Of a stretch of 6,038 nt of DNA, positions 1 to 6,038 are shown piece by piece. Origin of the DNA: Octopus sinensis. Taxonomy: Eukaryota. Each line of letters opens with the position of its first letter. The stretch's first letter is position 1. Both the position numbers and the translations under genes were made by a program. The DNA lies in assembly GCF_006345805.1 (NCBI RefSeq), contig NW_021829964.1, positions 1 to 6,038 on the forward strand, given 5' to 3'. Under the pieces are notes generated by a model, which did no database searches, was not told the origin of the DNA, and was given only the letters and a program-made list of their open reading frames with translations.

Positions 1-8
1 ACATATAC

Positions 9-69
<61 letters not shown>

Positions 70-73
70 ATAT
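1..73. repeat. (TACA)n grading into (TA)n microsatellite, truncated by window start
   Basis: Direct reading: acatacatacatac followed by an almost pure (TA)n run to about 73. Confidence 0.97.
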
Positions 74-300
74 AGCGAGAATTCACAAGAAAAAACAAAA
101 GACAAAGAAGTGGTGTAGAAAACAAACAGATGTATTAGTATAACGCCCGGGAATTATCGTGAAGTATATTTCCCACCTAAATGTAGCTGACCCATATGGG
201 GCGACGCTACTGTTGTTTACAGCCCCAGGAAGACATCTCCTCCAGCTGGCTAGCGATACACTGTGTCCGATCAGTATTTGCAAAGGGAAATCATCCTCCT
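74..300. repeat. Probable fragments of interspersed repeats (unclassified)
   Basis: Segments gaattcacaaga...aacaaacagatgtattagtataacgc and gctactgttgtttacagccccaggaagacatctcctccagctggct resemble repeats I recall from octopus DNA. There is no second copy in the window, so this rests on recollection only. Confidence 0.3.
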
Positions 301-412
301 TTCTCTAGCCTTACGTGATACACGTTATTATTTAATATAAAAGGCTGAAAGTAGTTACCAATTTAGGGAATTATACTGTCTTTCAGTGTCGATGTAAATA
401 TGTACATACGTA

Positions 413-725
413 CAGTGGCGAACTGGGTCTAAAAATATTGGTTGCCAGGAGACTATGGGGCCCCACCCGCAACTACAATACTATCATTCATCTTTCTTTG
501 TGTATGTATGTGTGTGTGTGTGTTAAAAGTATTCTTTTCAACTGTATACTCTCAGAGCCAGGCTGAAATAATTGATGCATTCTTTCAGAATTGAATAATA
601 AAAAATTCTCAAACTTGAGTGGATGGGCCCCTTAGATACTAACTTGGGCCCCATATATGAATTCTAATGCCGCAGGGGGGCCCACTTACCATCGGGGAAA
701 CGGCAATCTGGCCAGTCAACCACTG
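413..725. mobile_element. Non-autonomous hAT-superfamily DNA transposon (MITE), 313 bp
   Basis: Imperfect 14-bp TIRs: cagtggcgaactgg (413-426) and ccagtcaaccactg (712-725; reverse complement cagtggttgactgg, 11/14 match). Exact 8-bp TSD catacgta at 405-412 and 726-733. An 8-bp TSD with CAG termini is characteristic of hAT. No coding capacity. Confidence 0.87.
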
Positions 726-754
726 CATACGTATGTAGGTATATATGTATTCTT

Positions 755-1169
755 GTATTTTATTTTATTTTATTTTTCATCTTGTTTCAGTCATTTGATT
801 GCGGCCATGCTGGAACACCACCTTTAGTCGAACAAATCGTCCCCAGAATTTATTTTTTGTATACCAAGTACTTATTCTATCGTTTTATTTTGCCGAACCG
901 CTAGATTACGGGAACGTTAACACACCAGCATCGGTTGTCAAGTAATGGTGGGGGAGGGGGACAAACACAGACACACAAACATATACATTATATATATACA
1001 TATATCAGACAGGCTTCCTTCAGTTTTCGTCAACCAAATCCATTCGCAAGGCTTTGGTCGGTCCGAGGCTATAGTTGAAGACACTTGCGTCCAAGGTGCC
1101 ACACAATGGTACTGAACCCGGAACCGTGTGGTTGGGAAGCAAAATTTCTTACCTTACAGCCATGCCTGC
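755..1169 (-). mobile_element. tRNA-derived SINE (family A), near full length
   Basis: Minus strand carries an A-box-like tggctgtaaggt (1151-1162) and a B-box-like ggttcagtacc (1108-1118). These are followed by a ccttggacgcaagtgtc body, an internal (TA/TG) microsatellite (about 961-1006), a 3' domain and an (AAAAT)n tail (about 755-777). A homologous copy lies at 5252-5312 (45/61 ungapped identity to 1021-1081 reverse complement). Confidence 0.87.
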
Positions 1170-1225
1170 ATGTGTATGTATGTATGCATGTATGTAAGTA
1201 TATAAGCATGTGTGCATGTATGTAT
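1170..1225. repeat. (TATG)n-type degenerate microsatellite between two SINE heads
   Basis: tgtgtatgtatgtatgcatgtatgtaagta...gcatgtatgta read directly. Confidence 0.9.
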
Positions 1226-1242
1226 TGTTGTATATCTCATGA

Positions 1243-1578
1243 AGGCCTGTGGTATAGTGGTTACGGGTGTTCAGGTCATGATCGCAATGTCGTAAGTTCA
1301 ATACCAGGCGTCGCGTTTTGTGCTTGGGCAAGACACTTTACTTCACTCCTCTTACAGTCCACTCAGCTGGCAAAACCGAGTTGTACTTGTATTTGAAAGG
1401 ACCAGCCTTGTCTCACTCTGTGTCACACTCTGTGTCACACTGGATCTCTCTGATAACTACATCAAAGGTTCGCGTGTCTGTGGTGTACTCAACCACTTGC
1501 AAGCTAATTTCATGTGCAAGCAGTTCTGTTGATCGGATCAACTGGAGTGTTCATCGTAGTTACTGACGGAAGTACCAG
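1243..1578 (+). mobile_element. tRNA-derived SINE (family B) with CORE-like motif
   Basis: A-box tggtatagtgg (1250-1260) and B-box agttcaatacc (1295-1305), then cttgggcaagacacttta (1323-1340), 16/18 identical to the start of the MIR CORE domain as I recall it (CTTGGGCAAGTCACTTAA). The 3' end (about 1578) is estimated from the transition to microsatellite. Confidence 0.82.
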
Positions 1579-1585
1579 CGACATT

Positions 1586-1640
1586 TATACATATGTGTGT
1601 GTACGTGTGTGCGTGTGTGTGCATGCGCGCACGCGCGCAT
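1586..1640. repeat. Perfectly alternating purine-pyrimidine tract, (GT)n grading into (GC)n
   Basis: 55 bp of uninterrupted RY alternation ending in atgcgcgc-ac-gcgcgcat. Confidence 0.9.
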
Positions 1641-1780
1641 TGAAAGGGTTTAGGGATCTAGTTTTCCCTCGATAAACCATGGCTTATTTTCATGCTTAAG
1701 TTTTCTTCAATGTGTCTGTGTGTCGGTGCTTATCTGTGAAAGTTTAAATGTGTCTGTTGATGTATAACTGCGTGGATGAA

Positions 1781-2142
1781 TGTGTGTGTGTGTGTGTGTG
1801 TGTGTGCGGTAACATTTCAGTGTCTTCGACTCTGAGCTTGTGTGTGCGCGTTCGTGTTTGTGTGTGCGTGTGTTCGTGTGTGTGTGCGGCACCATTTCAG
1901 TGTCTTTGACTCCGTGTGTGTGTGTGTGTGTTTGTATGTATGTGTGTGTGCGTGGCAACATTTCAATGTCTTTGACTGTGTGTGAGTGTGTGTGTGCGTG
2001 AGTGTGGGTACGGCGACACTTCGGTCTTTGACTTTTTGTGTGTGTGTGTGTGTGTGTGCGTGTATGTGTGTGTGCGCGTGCGTGTGTGCGTGTGCGCTGC
2101 TGTATTTCTCTGTCTTTGACTCTGTGTGTGTGTGTGTGTTTG
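1781..2142. repeat. Compound minisatellite: five 25-27-bp anchors separated by (GT)n-type spacers
   Basis: Anchors at 1806-1832, 1886-1912, 1952-1978, 2010-2034 and 2096-2122; approximate consensus GCGGCAACATTTCAGTGTCTTTGACTC. Confidence 0.9.
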
Positions 2143-2176
2143 TAGTTATATATATCGATACATAAATAAATAAATG

Positions 2177-2242
2177 TAGATAGATAGATAGATAGATAGA
2201 GAGAGAGAAAGGTAGATAGACAGACAGATAGATGGACAGAGG

Positions 2243-2320
<78 letters not shown>

Positions 2321-2618
2321 TATAGAAAGGTAGATAGTCAGACAGATAGATGGACAGAGGTAGATAGACAGATAGATAAATGGATAGATAGGGAGAGACA
2401 GACAGACAGACAATAGATAGATGATATATAGATTAGATAGATAGATAGGAGATATAGATAGATATAGATAGATAGTAGATAGATAGATAGATAGGATAGA
2501 TAGATAGATAGATGATAGATGATAGATAGATGGATAGATAGATAGATAGATGCTAGATAGATAGATAGAGGGTAGATAGAGAAACGACAGACGACAGACA
2601 GACAGACAGATAGTAGAT

Positions 2619-2661
<43 letters not shown>

Positions 2662-2777
2662 TAGATAATAGATAGATAGATAGATATATAGAACGGTAGA
2701 TAGTCAGACAGATAGATGGACAGAGGTAGATAGACAGATAGATAAATGGATAGATAGAGAGACAGACAGACAGACAA

Positions 2778-2847
<70 letters not shown>

Positions 2848-2974
2848 GGATAGATAGATAGATAGATGGATAGATAGATAGATAGATAGATAGATGGATA
2901 GATAGATAGATAGATGGATAGATAGATAGATAGATAGATGGATAGAGGGATAGATAAAGAGAAACAGACAGACT

Positions 2975-3008
<34 letters not shown>

Positions 3009-3034
3009 TAGATAGATGGATAGATAGATAGATA
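2177..3034. repeat. (GATA)n/(GACA)n complex tetranucleotide satellite with higher-order duplication
   Basis: About 860 bp of GATA with GACA, GATG and GAGA variants. The variant block ggtagatagtcagacagatagatggacagagg occurs at 2329 and 2695. Confidence 0.97.
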
Positions 3035-3150
3035 ACCAGATATTATAGAACGAAATCTTTCAAACGAGATGGAACAAACTATATTAATAACATATAGAAG
3101 GGAAGAAATGAAAAAAAATCAGCAAAGAAAAAAGAAAAAAACCAACAACA

Positions 3151-3286
3151 TGTGCGGAGGGCTTGCCTTCTCAGAAGGTTACATCAAATAGGACCTCCTG
3201 CAATGGCGTACGCGTGTCCGAACCACGGTGGCCACACGCGTCACTGCCCTACGGTGGGGCACACGTGGGCGCCAACAATGAAGGCA
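3151..3286. other. GC/CpG-rich unique island of unknown function
   Basis: 11 CpGs in 3151-3275, flanked by A-rich sequence and microsatellites, with several inverted repeats (see findings). No recognisable protein or RNA family. Confidence 0.55.
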
Positions 3287-3352
3287 TGAATGAGAAAAAA
3301 TAACAAAACACTGACTGTGAAATAGAAAAGAATAAAACAGTACAACGCAATG

Positions 3353-3772
3353 ATGTGTGTGTGTGTGTGTGTGTGTGTGTATTCATATATATATATATGT
3401 GTGTGTGTATATATATATATATCTACACATTTATATACATATGCGTATGTATTAGTTAATATGCAGATGTGTGTGTGTATATATACATACACACACACAT
3501 ATATATACACACACACACAAGCGCGCCCAAATATATTTATAAACACATGTAAATATATGCATAGATATCTGTGTATGTGTGTATTCTCACGTATGTGTAT
3601 ATATGTACGGTGCACTCTTTCTTTCTCTCTCTCTTTCTATGTATATATATATATAAAATTATCTATGTACATAATTAATAATATACGCACGCACATATAT
3701 GCGTATATATGCCAATATCTGTATATGTATATATAAATACATATAAATACATATGTATGTATTTATAGATCA

Positions 3773-3832
<60 letters not shown>

Positions 3833-4076
3833 TATAAATATATATACATATATATATATATAACATATATATATATACATATATACATAAAGATATATAT
3901 ATATATACATATATACATATATATATACATACATACAAACATACATTTATATATAATATATATAACGAGAGTGGGAGAGAGCTATGCTTAAATATACATA
4001 TATATACACACACATATATTTGTATACATATGTATGTAAGTATTTATCTATCTTTCTATATGTGTGTGTATGTGAA

Positions 4077-4107
<31 letters not shown>
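3353..4107. repeat. Mosaic (TG)n/(TA)n/(CA)n/(TACA)n microsatellite field, including pure (TA)n at about 3779-3828
   Basis: Direct reading; it produces the YI/CV/HT low-complexity ORFs in the track. Confidence 0.96.
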
Positions 4108-4108
<1 letters not shown>

Positions 4109-4238
4109 TGAATCTGTTATTGTGTTCTTGTTTTGTGTTTGTACATGTACATATACGAAAGCTGTACCAGAGGTCAGAATAGGGGACAGTTATTATGGGA
4201 ATATCAACGCGGTCATTTTACGGCAGCTAGGATATGTA

Positions 4239-4291
4239 CCACTACCACCACCACAAGAAACAACAACAACAATAATAACAACAACAACAAC
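4239..4291. repeat. (CAC)n/(CAA)n/(TAA)n trinucleotide microsatellite
   Basis: ccactaccaccaccac...aacaacaacaataataacaacaacaac read directly. Confidence 0.9.
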
Positions 4292-4316
4292 GAATATTGA
4301 TATTAGTTATGACAGT

Positions 4317-4498
4317 AAGGCGGTGAGCTGGCAGAAATGTTCGCTCGCCGGACTGAATGCTTAGCGGCATTCAGTCCGTCTTTATGTTCTGAGTTCAAAT
4401 TCCTCCTATGTCGACTTTGTCTTTCGTGCTTTCGATCGATGTAGACGCCTTACAACCTCACCCGAAGTAGCTGCCCTCTAGTACCAAAATTTGAAATC
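4317..4498 (+). mobile_element. tRNA-derived SINE (family C), probably internally deleted
   Basis: Starts aaggcggtgagctggcagaaatg (A-box-like, about 4329-4339), has B-box gagttcaaattcc (4391-4403) and ends ccaaaatttgaaatc before a (TAC)n array. It matches my recollection of an abundant octopus SINE, but the central segment appears to be missing (recollection only). Confidence 0.75.
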
Positions 4499-4523
4499 GA
4501 TTCTAGCTATCACACTGAATGAT

Positions 4524-4561
<38 letters not shown>

Positions 4562-4663
4562 TTGTTGCTGCTGCTACTCCTGCCACCACTACCACCAACA
4601 CCACAATAACTTGTGTTATCACCACTAACTCCACCCGCATTTCTTCTTCTTCTTCTTCTTCTT

Positions 4664-4709
<46 letters not shown>

Positions 4710-4715
4710 CACTAC

Positions 4716-4763
<48 letters not shown>

Positions 4764-4998
4764 GTACTGCTACTGCCATTGCTGCTGCGACTACTACTGT
4801 TAGAAATACTACCACCGCTATCACAACTACTAGCACAATCAGAAATTCCATGATTACTACCACCACCACCACCATTACTACTGCTACTACCGCTGTCACA
4901 ACTACTACTACTACCACCATTGCCACAAGAATAACTCTTAGTTTTACTACTACTACTACTACTACTACTACCTACTACTACTACTACTACTACTACTT
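4524..4998. repeat. (TAC)n/(CAC)n/(TTC)n trinucleotide array
   Basis: Long TAC runs interrupted by TGC, CAC and TTC variants; source of the poly-T, poly-Y, poly-L, poly-V and poly-S ORFs. Confidence 0.97.
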
Positions 4999-5089
4999 AC
5001 TATGGTTGCCTCAGAAGATAATTAGCACTAAACAAAACGTGTGTAATCTGCGAGCTACTGGAATCAGAACCAACCGTAATCTGCAATAT

Positions 5090-5145
5090 GTTCGACTCAT
5101 CCTCAACCCCAGTACATGACTAGTACTGGATGATCGAACGGAGGA
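5090..5145 (-). mobile_element. Possible short decayed SINE fragment (family C-like central region)
   Basis: cgactcatcctcaaccccagtacatgactagtact resembles the reverse strand of the recalled family C central segment. It cannot be confirmed within the window. Confidence 0.25.
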
Positions 5146-5199
5146 GTCTTTTACTTTTTCGTTTGTATCTGTTTGAAAGAAAGAATAATTCCTGCACCT

Positions 5200-5325
5200 A
5201 ATTTAAGAAGCTTTCTAAACAACAAACTTTCGAGTACAGCTTCTGTGGCTTTCTTCAATTATGGCCCTGCTGTGACCCAAGCCATGAGAAGGAATTTGTT
5301 AGACGAAGACTGTGAGGAAGCTGTC
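5200..5325 (+). mobile_element. Decayed, 3'-truncated copy of SINE family A
   Basis: 5252-5312 aligns without gaps to the reverse complement of 1021-1081 at 45/61 identity and continues as gaggaagctgtc versus aaggaagcctgtc. The upstream taagaagctttctaaacaac weakly resembles the family A head. Confidence 0.78.
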
Positions 5326-5380
5326 ATATGTACATATGTATCATGTATGCTGTATGTGTGCATGTATGTATGTATGTATA
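5326..5380. repeat. (TATG)n microsatellite at the SINE/LINE junction; (CATA)n on the LINE strand
   Basis: atatgtacatatgta...catgtatgtatgtatgtata read directly. Confidence 0.9.
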
Positions 5381-6038
5381 TCAATGTTCAGTTTAATTTC
5401 AAGATTTCTTACCTATAAAGAAAGAGCTTGATTCTAACCTATATCCAATGTCCCTTGGAATTTCAATATCAACAACAGGGCATTTGTGTTTGTTTATTAT
5501 GCATGTATATATATGTGTAGATCTGTATATTTTGTTTTATGTATGTATTCTGATGCATATAGCTACATATCTAAACATGCACATATATATTTAAATGATA
5601 AACTTCTGAAAAGTTTTACAGCTTCTTGCTGTTCCATTGATGGATTGGATCTGTAGTCTTCGAATCAGCTTTCTCCTTTCTGGCTTTGAGAAGCCTAATT
5701 TCTCAACATTGGTATTTAGGCAGTGTGTTACATTTCTCAGGGCCCCAATAATTACATGTATAAACCTGAACTTGTAATTTGGATAGAGTAACTGCAGATG
5801 TCTCAATAGTTCGGCATAGGTGTTCTCAATTTTTCACTGATCTTCAGCTTTATGTTAACATCCGCTAGGCAGCTAATTTCCACAATTGTACCCAATTTCT
5901 TTTCTCTCTCCCAAATCATTATATCAGGCCTTTTGTGCTTACATCTTATTGAGGTCTTCACTTGTACATTCCACCAGTATTCCTTTTTATTATAATTGGC
6001 TATAGCTTCTACCATAACGTGGGTTCTTATTTCTTTGC
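5381..6038 (-). mobile_element. 3' end of an RLE-type non-LTR retrotransposon (probably R4/Dong-like), continuing beyond the window
   Basis: The minus strand encodes a restriction-like endonuclease C-terminus, then about 210 bp of putative 3' UTR (5381-5590) running into (CATA)n. The clade call rests on the motifs RPDI..E.SC.xD.N..K..EK..Y and VIIGAL. Confidence 0.85.
5591..6036 (-). pseudogene. Frameshifted C-terminal RLE (PD-(D/E)xK-type) endonuclease domain of a LINE ORF
   Basis: The frame is open from 6036 and reads KEIRTHVMVEAIANYNKKEYWWNVQVKTSIRCKHKRPDIMIWEREKKLGTIVEISCLADVNIKLKISEK. After a frameshift at about 5828-5829 it continues ENTYAELLRHLQLLYPNYKFRFIHVIIGALRNVTHCL...KTFQKFII* (TAA at 5593-5591). 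This joins the track ORFs 5803-6015 and 5591-5806. Confidence 0.88.

Noticed and set aside
74-155. Penelope-type terminal repeat with hammerhead
   Set aside because: The segment resembles a recalled repeat that continues into such a motif, but the sequence here breaks off at about 150 and no hammerhead core is present.
381-390. tttcagtgtc matching the minisatellite anchor core
   Set aside because: An isolated 10-mer without the flanking anchor or GT spacer; compatible with chance.
1250-1305. Functional tRNA genes at the A/B-box sites (also 1108-1162 and 4329-4403)
   Set aside because: No complete cloverleaf, and each continues into a SINE body, so these are SINE heads.
83-1566. ORFs 83-283, 1085-1396, 1149-1331, 1318-1566 and 1320-1532
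   Set aside because: They run through SINEs, microsatellite or probable repeat fragments and resemble no protein I recognise.
1647-1655. Telomere-like gtttaggg
   Set aside because: A single unit with no tandem array.
1806-2122. CRISPR-like repeat-spacer appearance
   Set aside because: Spacers are (GT)n microsatellite rather than unique sequence, repeats are divergent, there are no cas genes, and the context is eukaryotic.
1707-2413. ORFs 1707-1961 and 1817-2413 (HT- and SIYL-repeat peptides)
   Set aside because: They are translations of (CA)n and (TATC)n microsatellites with no domain content.
3151-3295. Hammerhead or HDV-like ribozyme in the GC island
   Set aside because: No CUGANGA/GAAA core on either strand. 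The best HDV threading (P1 gcgtgt/acacgt followed by GGG, P3 gcc/ggc) lacks the L3 CC for P1.1 and a clean P2.
3112-3345. Coding exon in the GC island (stop-free plus frame from 3112; minus-strand acceptor-like tttcacag at about 3315-3322)
   Set aside because: No recognisable peptide, no start or acceptor for the plus frame, and stops in all three minus frames after the acceptor. A non-coding exon cannot be excluded.
3241-4364. ORFs 3241-3615, 3350-3736, 3675-4013, 3776-3991 and 3984-4364
   Set aside because: They are dominated by YI/CV/HT dipeptides from dinucleotide repeats, and 3984-4364 ends inside a SINE head.
4506-4860. Possible higher-order duplication in the TAC array (gctatcaca at 4506 and 4817; atgattactac at 4519 and 4850)
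   Set aside because: Matches are short, low-complexity and at inconsistent offsets (311 versus 331).
4503-5119. Thr-rich mucin-like and poly-Val/Ser/Leu/Tyr ORFs
   Set aside because: (TAC)n is open in several frames on both strands; there is no splice or domain evidence.
5173-5418. ORF of 81 aa (MKERIIPAP...)
   Set aside because: It spans a decayed SINE, a microsatellite and the antisense LINE UTR, so it is a chance frame.

Overview
Repeat-dense, AT-rich eukaryotic non-coding DNA with no recognisable host gene. More than half of the window is simple repeat: (TA)n, (TATG)n, (GT)n, (GATA)n and (TAC)n. Most of the rest is transposon-derived. There is a 313-bp hAT-type MITE with an exact 8-bp target-site duplication (413-725). 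There are tRNA-derived SINEs of three families (755-1169 minus, 1243-1578 plus, 4317-4498 plus) plus a decayed second copy of the first family (about 5200-5325). At the right edge is the frameshifted 3' end of a non-LTR retrotransposon with a restriction-like endonuclease (RLE), probably R4/Dong-like (about 5381-6038, minus). The SINE families and microsatellite load resemble octopus/coleoid cephalopod DNA; this is recollection, not a search. Every ORF in the supplied track except the two RLE pieces is best explained as a by-product of repeats or non-coding DNA. I see no well-supported new biological system. The best leads are: a CpG-rich island able to fold as a three-way junction (3204-3274); the RLE LINE ending in, and possibly targeting, the internal microsatellite of a SINE; a five-unit array of 27-bp anchors separated by (GT)n spacers; and a perfect 12-bp hairpin in one SINE head.
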